From positions 14,710 to 67,978 of the forward strand of contig NW_014040124.1 of NCBI RefSeq assembly GCF_001186125.1: a stretch of 53,269 bases of DNA, given 5' to 3'. This DNA is from Sphaeroforma arctica JP610. Lineage: Eukaryota. Positions 11,370-22,600 of the stretch are shown here, in pieces. A model generated the notes under the pieces. It did not search any database. It was not told where the DNA came from and worked only from the letters and a program-made list of their open reading frames with translations. Made by a program: the position numbers and the translations under genes. Within the stretch, counting starts at the first letter, position 1. Each line of letters starts with the position of its first letter.

Positions 11370-11770
11370 AGCTCTTATCTTTGCGACCAATGTGACACCC
11401 CATGGGGTCTTGCCACAAGCCTTCTTGCCCTCTTTTAAAAAAGTGTTGTTTGTGTTTTCCACTAGCTTCGGGTCATCTTCTAGTAGAAACAAGAGCTTTG
11501 GAAACTACGAGGCATTGGGGTAATATGGTACACATATCGTGATACTGGTTACCTCTTTAATGACTTTGTCAAGGACATCAGGTATGGGTTCCCATGGTGG
11601 GTTCGCCCATGCATTCGCTTCCTGCGCCCACTTTTGTTGTAGCGCATTCTGTTCTTTGGTGTGGTATTTATCTGCGTGTGCATTGTATGCCAATGCAAAC
11701 AGATCTACTGTGAACTTCCCAACCTTCGTTCCGCTTCTTGATAGAATCTGGGATGTAACATTCAATATAT
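11370..11770 (-). pseudogene. Dam-like amino-methyltransferase domain within family B pol
   Basis: GKFTVDLFALAYNAHADKYHTKEQNALQQKWAQEANAWANPPWEPIPDVLDKVIKEVTSITICVPYYP...TFLKEGKKACGKTPWGVTLVAKI. Confidence 0.88.
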
Positions 11771-14598
11771 AACCGATATGGTTAAGTGCATGTCTGTTTC
11801 CAAGGTGGTGTACTCTTGGCTATTATGTGATGCCTCATTCGCTTTTTGTATTACTTTTGACTCTTTTGTACTAAAAGTATCTTCTTGGAGACGCGATAAT
11901 ATGTCTGCCATCTGGTTGTCCTTGCCTGGGACATGTATGATGGGGAAATGGTGGTGGAACGTTTTCGCTATCCATTTGGCCAGCATTGGATGTGACGTCT
12001 GTTGACTGTTCATTTGCGTGAGTGCTTTGTGATCTGTTCACAGTGTTATGTCCCCCCTTTAATGTATTCGGTGAAATATTCCAGGCTGAATACCAGTGCT
12101 AGTAGCTCTCTGGTATTTGTGCCATAGCGTTATTGTGCTGGGTTCAAGCCTTTTGAGAAGTAGAGAATGTCGTTTCTAACCCCATCGATGACTTGAAATA
12201 AACACTCTCCTATGCCATAGCCACTAGCATCGTTCATAATTTGAAACGGTACCCCATGGACAGGGTATGCTAGCGTCTTTGAACAGGCGATGGCTTCTTT
12301 GAGTTCTTCCCACTTCTTTATTAGTTCCGGAGTCCATAACATGTATATGTTCTGGTTCATTTTTCCTTTCATTACGTTCCGAAAGTGTTTCGTTGTGTGA
12401 GCAAAGTTGGGGACATGGTCTCGCATGTAATTTGCTAGTCCCACTGCTTTGTGCAGATACCTTTTTGTTCTGGGTAGTGGCTAATCCATCATTCTTTTCT
12501 GTTTCTCAGGGTCTGCTTTGAGTCCAAGTGTGGTGACTTTCACCCCAAGAATGTTGACCACTTTGACCGCAAAGGCGCACTTGTTGTGATTAAGTCGGAA
12601 GTTTGCGCTATTCAGTCGCTTGATTACTTCACGAACTGTCTTGCGGTGTTCTTCTTCTGTAAGACTCACAATGACTATGTCAACTACATACACTTGCACT
12701 CCTTTGATATCTATGAACAGATTCGCCATGACTCTCTGGAATTGTGCTGTGAGTGATTGTAGTCCAAACGGCGCGGACTTGAATGAGTATTGCGCTCATC
12801 TCCACGAGAATATGAAGAAATGTTGGCTTGCTTCGTCTACTAAGAAGCGGTGAAATCCTCCTGTAAGATCTAGCTTTGAAAAGAACTATGCCCCTTGTAG
12901 GTTGTGTAAAACTTCTTTATTTTCGGTAACACGAACTTGTCTTGCTGATATTGATGATTGATCTCACGTAAGTCTAGACATGTCCTTACTTTCTTGAGGA
13001 GACCCGTTTGGTCATGTTCACCTGTTGATAACATGAGTAGGCTCACCGTTGTGGGCGTGTCGCGTTTGTATATGTGACCATCTTTAAGCCATCGTTGCAC
13101 ATTCTCATCCGTTTGCGGAATGTATTTGTGCGGAACAAAGTTGACTTTAGCGTGCCTCATTTGTCTGACGTTGGTTTCATTTGCAGGTGCTGTGACTGTG
13201 GAGCCTGGTAGGTTGCAATGAACATCAGGAGGTATATTCGCATTGGTATTCAGGAGGTCTGTAAGCGACTCTCTGAAACCTTCTTGTTCATGCTCTGGGT
13301 CCTCTCCATGTGGTGTGAGGAGCGATTCCCATTTTGCATCTGTTGGTATAAGTGGATTGATTAACCCTGTTATGTATATGGTCTTCCTCCATACATAGTT
13401 AATGTCACAAACTTCTGTTGAATCAGTGCGTTGTATTCTTGCATCTGTTTGTGCTAGTTGTATATACCCCTGTTGTACTCTAACAGAAAGATATAGTTCT
13501 GATACTACACTTTTGTCCATGCATGAGCGTTGTGCACCCTAGTTTACTAGTGCATTATATGTATTGCCATTGATTTGTATGTCAATGTGTAAACGTTGGT
13601 CTCGTGGTGCGGGAAGTAAAGATAAAGGTTGGTAATTTGTATCATTTGCATTTATTAACAACGTTTCCTCATCTGTAAATAAAATGAGTCTATCAGCCAG
13701 GTCAATCATGTTTGCTTCCGACCACCAGTGTTTTCAGCCTTCATCACCTTCTGTGATGTCTTCCACCTTGCCAGATGTAATGGACAGTCTTGCTATCTGT
13801 ACATCTTTCTTGGCTCGCTCCTCAGCCTGCTTGACTTGATTTGCTTTCTTCTTGGGACATTTACTGAACCGATGTGGGGATGGCATTACCAGGCAGTATA
13901 TGCATGCACGCTCTTCACATGCCCCTTTCTTCTCCTGTGCCTGTCCCCCTGTAGGATTGTGGTTGTTTGTACCATTGTCTGTTTTGTACCGTTTGTTAGC
14001 ATTGGTAGTATTAGCCTCTGCTGGTGTGGTAGTCTGTGCGTTGTTAAGCTTGTTTGCTGCTCACACCTGATCCCTCAACATACGCTCTGCTTGTGTTAAG
14101 TCGCCGTTTTTATGTGTGTCTCAGTCGTAGTATGAAACTTGGTGTGGTCTAAGTCGGACAAGTGTCCTTCACTCCCATCCGGTTGCTTATATCCTTTAAT
14201 TAGAGTATCCACAACTGATTGCAATCCATAGTACTTAAGTGCTAGGTACCTTTGTACCTTTAGGATTTGGAAGTGTATGGGTTCCTTATCCGAGCTGCGG
14301 TAACGCTCCTATAACATCGCCATTGACTTGTGCACACGCTCTATACGCACTTCGACGTCCATCTTCTTATTCTGCATGTCATTGAAAACCTTCTCCAATA
14401 GATAGTCTACTGAGTGTGATCTGAGTCGATCAATAATGATTCTATTGCACTGCTCAGGATCAATGAAGTGCCTAGTTGCACGTGTCTCAGAATCTCTTGT
14501 TATTGAGTACTGATTTGGTCTTCTCCGTTGCATCAGTAAAATCCAATAGGCTTTGCACTAGTGCTGGGTATTGACACAGAGGCATTGACTTAGCTAAG

Positions 14599-14790
14599 AA
14601 TATATATATATATATATATATAAACACGCACACACACACACACACAAGCACGCGCGCGCACACACACAAGCACGTACACACACACGCGCTCACACAGACA
14701 CACACACAAACACACACACACACACACACGCACACACGCTCACACACACACACNNNNNNNNNNNNNNNNNNNNCACACACACACACAAAC
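14599..14790. repeat. (TA)n/(CA)n microsatellite spanning an assembly gap
   Basis: Visible dinucleotide runs and Ns. Confidence 0.95.
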
Positions 14791-14796
14791 ACTTAC

Positions 14797-14901
14797 CTTC
14801 TTATCCACATGTTCAATCTACACTTCGATATGTTACAATTTGATGGCGTTATGCTTTCACTAAATTCGACAGGCATTCTTCTCAGATCGTGTGTCTCATC
14901 C
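14797..14901 (-). CDS. Possible isolated 105 bp exon of an unidentified gene
   Basis: Pyrimidine-rich ttttatttgctacag acceptor and gtaagt donor bracket an open frame (DETHDLRRMPVEF...); no homology recognised. Confidence 0.3.
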
Positions 14902-15254
14902 CTGTAGCAAATAAAATAAAGAGTATTGTTAGATAAAGCACAGAACATGATATTAACTACTGAATCTGTGCGCATTTCTTGGACTTCTACATACATAGCA
15001 GTATTTAAATTTTGTTATACATCCATACAAGATTTTGCATATGTGTGAGTCGGTTGTCAGTTATCACAGTCGCCGGCATTTTGAACCTGATAAAATTAGA
15101 AAAATCATTTTTATATTTTTTGTGTCATTAAAAAAATTACAGCACTGGAAAGTCTCCAAATGTACTTTTTAAATTTTTTGTTTGAAAAGTTTGAGAAAGG
15201 AATTGAAAATCACATTTGATGCTGAACTTCGGGTGAGGAGAACCCTCTTGAAAT

Positions 15255-15452
15255 TGTTAGGCAAATGTAAACTGATAAGAAGTAATTTTATTTGGCCTTC
15301 CTACTGAGGGTCTTATATGATTCTACCGCTTAGGGCGGGAACCTAATTTGCCATGGTGTCATATTTCTGATGACACCTTTCAGTTCATGTACCGAACTGT
15401 ATATATTCTGATGATTTCACAACTGCTGGTTTGTATATTATAATGTCCAACA
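15255..15452 (-). repeat. Copia 3' LTR, 198 bp, preceded by polypurine tract AGGGGAG
   Basis: TGTT...AACA ends; ctcccct at 15453-15459; 15352-15452 repeated at 27102-27202. Confidence 0.85.
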
Positions 15453-15504
15453 CTCCCCTGGAAAAAGTAGATGTGGAATCGAGAGAATGCAACCTTATGC
15501 TATC

Positions 15505-18207
15505 TTAATCTCCCCTGGATTGGTTCTCGCAAACACTCTCGGGCTCGGGCGGAGCTTCGCGCAGTAATGCGTTAGTGTGTCGCGAGTGTGTAGGATGTGC
15601 AGCGTTTCTGGTTAGTATATCGGCTTGATTATCTGCCGAAGGAGCATATTCCACCTTGATGATCCCATGGTCTTGAAGTTCTTGAATATATTTAACGCGT
15701 ACGTCAATGTGCTTCAGGTGTTTGGTGGGCCCAGTGGATGCTATCGCATGGATGGTGGATTTGTTATCACACTGGAGAACTGTTGGGGATTGTTGGGGAA
15801 AACCGAGCTTTGTGAGCATATTGCGAAGCCATTGGATAGACTTTGCGGCCTCAGATGCAGTGAAGTACTCAGATTCCGCGGAACTGGTCGAGATGGTTTT
15901 CTGCCGATGTGATTTCCATGCGACGGGTATCTGGTTGATCCGAAGGATATATCCAGTTGTTGATCGACAAATATCAGGGCAAGCCGCATAATCAGCGTCA
16001 GATACAGCATCAGCGATAGGTGGGCCTGTAAGATACTTGTAGGTAAGTCCAAGGGGTGGTGTACCCTTTAAGTATCGGAGTATCCGTTGGACAGCTATCC
16101 AATGTTGCTGTGATGTATTGTCCATATATCTCGCCAGTGTGTTGAGCGCGTAGCTGATGTCGATACGGTTCAGAACCGTTAGATATTGTAAAGTGCCGAT
16201 CAGTTCACGGTCTGCACGCATGTGTCGTGGTCCTGTGCTTTTCGTTATTGGGACTTGTATTGCTGGTGTCGGTGTAGGATAACTCTCGGCGAGGTCAAAA
16301 GTGTCTAAAGCTTCTTTGTTATAGCTTTCTCGGAGGCTAATAGAGTCTGGTGTAGTTAGTATGCGGATTCCTAGTAGCCATCGCGGTTCCCCAAGATCCT
16401 TGCAACTGAATTCAGCATGTATCAGTGATCGGAAGTGGTCGACGTCGGACTTGTATTGCCCGCATATTATAAGGTCGTCCATATAGAGTAATACTACGCA
16501 TTTCAAATCGTTGCTGTCAGCAATAAACACACTCATCGCTAGCAAATTGACGGAACCCCATGTCGAGTAGTTTAGACTTGATGAGAGCATGCAATAACCG
16601 TCCAGATTGTTTCAAACCATACAAAAATTTCTTGAGTTTTAGGATACAGTCAGCTGGAATGCCCATTGCGTCCGTTCCCGGTGGTGGCTTCATGTAAATT
16701 GGCTCGTCGAGGGCCGCGTATAAGTAGGCTGTATCCACGTCCATTTGTGCTACATGCCAACCCTGAGAGGCAGCAACGGCGAGCAATGTGCGCAATGTCT
16801 CGTGACGGCAGGTAGGTGCGTATGTCTCACTGAAGTTGATACCTTTGGTTGTGTAAAACCACGTGCGCATAGTCTAGACTTATATTTGTCAACAATGCCG
16901 TCGATGAGCGTATCGTTAAATACCCATTAACTGGATACTATAAAGGCGTCATCCGGGACCTCGTCGGGCCGTAGGAGGTCGTATGTCTCTTTTTCTGCGA
17001 GGCTGTCGAGTTTCCGTTGTATTGGAGCACGCCACAAATCTGCATCCGCACCTTTCAGTGCAGTTCGGATGGTAGTCGAGGTAAGTGGGTGTTCTTGGAT
17101 TTTCACACAGGCGCTGTAAATGTAGTGAACAGTGTCGTTGTATATTTGTTGTTGCTTGGCAATGTCCTCTTTACTAGGCTCAGGGGTGGACGATGGTGGT
17201 GTGAGGTTGATGGGAATGTTGATGTCATCTGATTCATCATCGTGGTCGAGAGTCTGTAGCGTAGCCGGTTGGTGTAGCGCTGATATGGATTTGTTCGTAC
17301 TAGAGCGGGTATGTTGTAGTGCATACCGACAGTATTGTTTATTGGCAGCGTTTTGGCGTTTGGCCCGTTTCGAGTTTGCGAGTGCGCGGAGGTACTTTTG
17401 GCGGAGGGTTTCCACTTTGACGGATACGTCTTGAGGTAAGTTGGGGTTCTCTGTGTTCTTCTGAACGGTGAGTATGCCGCTGTTCTCCAAGTCACGTGCC
17501 CAGGAGATTCGTTTGGTGTTCGTGCTCGGAAGTGTTCCATGCTCCCCTGGAAGGAGGGAGTATGAACATGGTTGAAATTAGAGATAGCGTGGGTATCACT
17601 GGCAGTGGTCGCCTCTGGAAGAGTGCTTGGAGGGGCTGCTGGTGTAGCAGCAGTGGTGTGCTCCCCTTGAAGCTGTGTTGTAGTGTGTCCCATGTTGTGT
17701 GGTGATGGAGCTGAAGATGTTGTGTCCATGGTAGTATTTGTTGAACACGTCCCTGGAATAGAGGTATCGCCAGCAGGTTGATCCTCGGCACCGTGTTTGT
17801 TTGCAGTGTTATAGGATTGTATTTGACGGGCGCGTTGTCTCGTCATCTGCATTTTGTTAGGTAGATGCGGTTCATTGAACGTGCCCGTATTTTGCCGAGG
17901 TTCAAGTGAGAGACCGCGAAAGGCGCGGGATTCAGGATGTCGGGCAATGTGGGTTTGTAAAGTGTTGTTAATAGCGTCTTTCATGCCTGGTATCGCGGTT
18001 GATGGTGCTTGTGCAGTCGATGCAGTGTCGGGAGTAGGTAGGAGCGTACGTGGCGTAGCGTGTGTGGTTGGTGTAGACAGAAGGGCGTTTTGAGCAGGGA
18101 GAGGATCCTGGTGTGTATCAGCTGGGATGGCGACATCGTCTGTCTGTGTGCCAACCGAGGAATAGGTAGGTGTTTGTGTTTCGCATGTAGTGTCTTGATT
18201 GGGTTGT
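15505..18207 (-). pseudogene. Copia linker, reverse transcriptase and RNase H
   Basis: ETYAP, QMDVDTAYL, LYGLKQSGR, LLYMDDL, KDLG, SDADYA, RSTTGY, SSAESEY, CDNKS, KHIDVR, NQADILT. Confidence 0.96.
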
Positions 18208-19030
18208 TGTAAGATTCGGTCTAATAAAGGCGATACTAATGCCTTAGAATAAATAAACGCGTAGGTAAATTTTAAATATCATGTGAATATCGATATAAAT
18301 AAACGAAATGAGACGTTTAATAAAGTTGGGTTTGCGTCGTAAAAACAGCAATACTCTGAGGGATTGTGAGGCTGAGACATTGCCTATATATAATCCTCTC
18401 AGTACTGTTTCCGCCGAAGGAATTTTATTTAGTGTTTCGTTGTCGTTCTATTCTGGGGCGAATCCGATAGACTCATAAAATTCTATCTTTAGAAAAAATA
18501 AAATAAAGATAAAAATACTCATGACGTCTTTAGTTATTGTCTTAACCAATAACTTGCCACTATCAAGAATTACCGACTTAGCCTTCATCAGACTGGCACA
18601 TCTGGTTGGCTTATCAGAGGATCAACTAGGTAACGTTAATAGTCCCTAGAAACCTATATTCGGTTGAGCCATCTCGCTACCGAAGTATTCAGATATAAAT
18701 GAAATTGGAAAGTAAATAAAGCTTTATTAATAGAACTACACCAACTCTTTTATGTTTGATATTTTACTGAGGTCTTTTAACGGCCTCATCCAAATATCTG
18801 ATATGTTAAATGGAAAAGGTTTAATTAATAAAACCATTAAAACCCATTTTAGGAAACTTAAGTTCCTCGTGCTATTAAGAGCACATTTAGAAGACTTAAA
18901 TTCCTCGTACTATTAAGAGTACATTTAGGAAACTTAAGTTCCTCGTACTATTAAGAGTACGTTTATAATTTGCGTACTACTTAAGAGTACAATTATACGT
19001 AAGTCTAATTTGGAGGCCCGGCTTATTACC
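18208..19030 (-). mobile_element. Solo LTR of Gypsy family C inserted in Copia pol
   Basis: Reverse complement of 40987-41769; TTGT on both sides (18204-18207, 19031-19034); removal fuses ORF 18977-19201 in frame to ORF 17103-17984 (MALQ-PNQD...MKDA). Confidence 0.92.
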
Positions 19031-19686
19031 TTGTAACGCCATAGTCAGCTCACGGATTGTTGGTACGTCTTTTGTGTCTGTGGCAAAGTGTGGAACGGGT
19101 GTGTTCCCGACCATGGTCCATGTCGGAAAGACGCGGTAAGAATTTAACGTCTCTAGAGTGACATATTTTATCTGTCTTGAGGTTAAGTATTCGGCACTCA
19201 TCGTAATATTTTGATTGACAGTCGTGACCTAGGTATACCCCAATATTGGCGCGATCGTCCAGTTTGCCAGTGCGTGACTGATTGATGAATGCTACTTGAC
19301 ATCCAAAGGGGTGCATGTTCTTAATGCGGTCAGTTGGTTTAAACCCCCAGAACACTTCCCAAGAGGATTTTTGGTCTCTGTTGTGTTTGTTGTTGTGGAC
19401 AGAGTTCTTGAAAGCTGCGTATTGGATAGCTTCGGCCCCCATGTTGTCGGGCATATTGGCTTGCTTCATATCGCTGAGCATGATGTCATGTATGACACCA
19501 TTTGCACGCTCGACTAAGCCATATAATGCAGGCGTTGCAGTGGGCACGTAGAGTATTTTTACATGTTTCTGCGTGTTCACCTTGTTGAATTCTTGAGAGA
19601 TGAATTCCCCGCCACGGTCACATTTGAGTTCGCGTAACTGTGCAAGTTTATCCTTCCCGATTTCAATGTAGAATTGATCAAGTGCG
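19031..19686 (-). pseudogene. Copia integrase core and SH3-like region, N-terminally truncated
   Basis: CDRGGEF, TPALYGLVERAN, PFGC, GKLDDRA, YLGH, SRDVKF. Confidence 0.95.
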
Positions 19687-22600
19687 TGTAAGTTTCGGTC
19701 GATCAAGGCGATATTAACGCCTTAGAAATAAACGCTTAAGTTAGGTCTAATTATATTAATGTATCAAAATAAATAAACGAAATGAGTCTTTTAGTAAAGT
19801 TAGGTATGCCTCGTGAAAACAGCAATACTCTGAGGGATTGTGAGGCTGAGACATTGCCTATATATAATCCTCTCAGTACTGTTTTCGCCGAAGGGATATT
19901 ATTTAGTGTTTCGTTGTCGCTCTATTAGAAACTATGGTATGTTTCGTTGGGACGAATCCGAGAGACTCATAAAACCCTATCTTTAAGAAAAAAAGAAAAA
20001 GAGAAAAAGAAAAAAAAATACTTTTGATGTCCTCAGTTATTGCATTAACCAATAACTTGCCACTTATCAAGAATTACCGACTAGCCTTCATCAGACTGGC
20101 ACATCTGGTTGGCTGAACGGAGGATAAACTAAGCAACACCAATAGTCCCTAGAACCCTATGCTCGGTTGAGCCATCTCGTTACCGAAGTATTCAGATATA
20201 AATAGATTTGGAAAGTAAATATAGTTCTTTTAATAGAACTAGACCAAATCTTATATTTGGTATTTTACCGGGGCCTTTTAATGGCCTTGTCCAAATATCT
20301 GATATGTAAAATGGAAAAGGTATTTAATTAAAAAAAACCGTTGAAAACCATTTTAGGAAACTTAAGTTCCTCGTACTATTAAGAGTACGTTTATATGTTT
20401 ACGTACTATTAAGAGTACGTTTATTACAAGATTCTAACGTGACACAGCCCTCATCCAGCTTTGAGACCCAAGAGAAGCAAGTTGCTTACTCAAGCTGATT
20501 ATAAGTCATAAAATCGAGAAAGGAAAACGGGTCGAAACACTAAGTAGCATAACGTATAGTTAATGTTTCTCAGGCGGAGACGTGAAGCGTCCTCGGTTAC
20601 CCTGTGAGTTTTTGGCTTAGGTCCAGTAGGTCCGTGGTGGTCGACTGGCCGTTTATTGCGCTTCAATGACTTTAGGACATACGAAGGATGAGCATTAAAG
20701 CTCGGGATAAATGCTGTAGACGAGTAAGTTTAAACTTCCGTGCCTTCAGACGATGGAAACATGCTATCTCTTTCAGCTTGTGACTTATGTAGGCGTTTAC
20801 GCCATTTTCTATTACAGGCTTTTAAATAGTCTTGATTGTCAAAAGCGTCTGAAGTTAATTCAGCGATTGTACCGTCTATAAAGCGAGTATGATAGTATGT
20901 ATATCCTCCTTTATCCGTTCTCCATATAATGTCTTTAAATTCGGAGCGGTCAAGAGGGGCATTTGAATCATATCTTCTTGCGAAGATAATATCGGTAGTC
21001 GGAATCCGACTAGTGCCTATATTTAAAGCACTAGAACCGTCTGGGTTATTCAACTCGTAGGTTCCACTTTTAGCGTCAGTACAGAGATTATATATGATCC
21101 TATCCATTTTGATGTTAATACAGTAGCATCGGAATTACGTTGACGGATGTCAACTCTGTCTCCCAGCTGACACTCTGCTATCTTTTTGGTGGCGTTCCAT
21201 CTATTTTGTCTTTTTAATAAGGCAATATTGCGTGATTCTCGCAAGCAAGAATATACAACGTTATAAATACGTTGTACCTTCTCAAACCATGGTAACTCAT
21301 AGTGTTCAGGTTCGTCCTTGTTAAAAGGTATTTGTAACTCACTATATCTGCCACGAAAATAGTGAGCGGGTGTTGTTCCTGTAACCGGATCAACACACTC
21401 GTTCACCTGTGTTTGTAGCCACTTAAGGTGGTACGGCCAATCATCTGCATCATCCGTTAATGCAGTACGTAAGAAGAACTTATTTTTCCGTGGCGCGTTT
21501 TATTAGCGCCTTGTGTTTGCGGTTTATATGGTACACCCCTTTTATGGCACATACCTGATACGAGTACTAACGATTCCAATACGTCATCGCAAAACTCGCT
21601 ACCGTTATCAGTGCACATTATACCCGGCCACCCGTGGTCAGCAAAGACTAATTCTGCCACGGTCTGCGTACTCTTGTCCTTTAATGGATAGAACAAGTTA
21701 AACCGTGACGCCACATCAAAGAAGTGGCATACGTAACGGTCGCCTGTGTGCTCGGACGTAGGCAGGTCAACCAGATCAATGATGACCCTGCGCCATGGAA
21801 CATCTTCAGTCACACTCTTAAGCGGTGCGAACCCATAGCACTTAATCTGGTTGAGATCACAGTCTGTACATGACTGATATACTCTGTCAACTAAAGTTGC
21901 CAGCTTAGGGTGCGCGATCCCATTTCGCTTAGCATCTTTAAGTGCGTCTACTACGTTCTGGTGCTTCAGCTTATGGTTTTGCGTCAGCCAAGCAATCATG
22001 TTTTTATCATTCTGCTCCTCCAGAATAAAGGTAGGGTGTTGAGAATCCACTTGCGTGGTCTCTGAGTCTGTAGTGTTTCCATACTCCTGTCTTTCGTTCG
22101 CATGAGTGTCATAAGTACGATCATTTGCGTTTGATACACCTGACTTATTTAATAGTCGCATTATATGTGTATATACTTCGGGATTATCTTTCATTAGTTC
22201 ATTTCGAAATAGTGTCTGAAAGACTCCGGGCTTGGACTTTGTTATTAAACAGAGTCCTAGCTAGAGACTGACGCTTTTTAACAGTGTCATTAGTAGATTG
22301 TATTTCTTGTGCATAGACTTCAAGTGCTGTGTTGCCTTTGAACTGCTTAACGTTCAATCTAGTGGAGAGTGGAATCTCCGATTCTTTGACCTTGTTAAAG
22401 AAGGTCTCAGAAGGGGTCCATTTAGTTGTTCCAATGGGACCTATACGACATATTATAGTATGTATCCAGGACGTCTTCTGGACGGCTCGGGTATCCTGAT
22501 ATAGGAAAGTATCTACTTCCCTATCTAAATATATTGGCTCGCATCGTATCATGCTTATTTATTTATTGAGCCATGGATCTTTACTCCGTAATGGGCAACA

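Larger units (their letters stand above)
9777..14590 (-). mobile_element. Family B Ty3/Gypsy relic: gag, protease, RT, RNase H, MTase, integrase, chromodomain; no LTRs recognised
   Basis: Gag knuckle-like CIYCLVMPSPHRFSKC (about 13850-13905); ALVN*GAQRSC; KVRTCLDLR; VYVVDIVI; NDASGYGIG; DILSR; PGDRVQVD; PYQPKFLGANERSH; GPY; purine-rich GAGGTGGGGGA near 9779-9789. Confidence 0.92.

Noticed and set aside
14487..14792. Cys/Val-rich ORF
   Set aside because: Translation of a (CA)n microsatellite across an N gap.
18845..18992. CRISPR-like repeats
   Set aside because: Tandem units without unique spacers, inside an LTR, in eukaryotic DNA with no cas genes.
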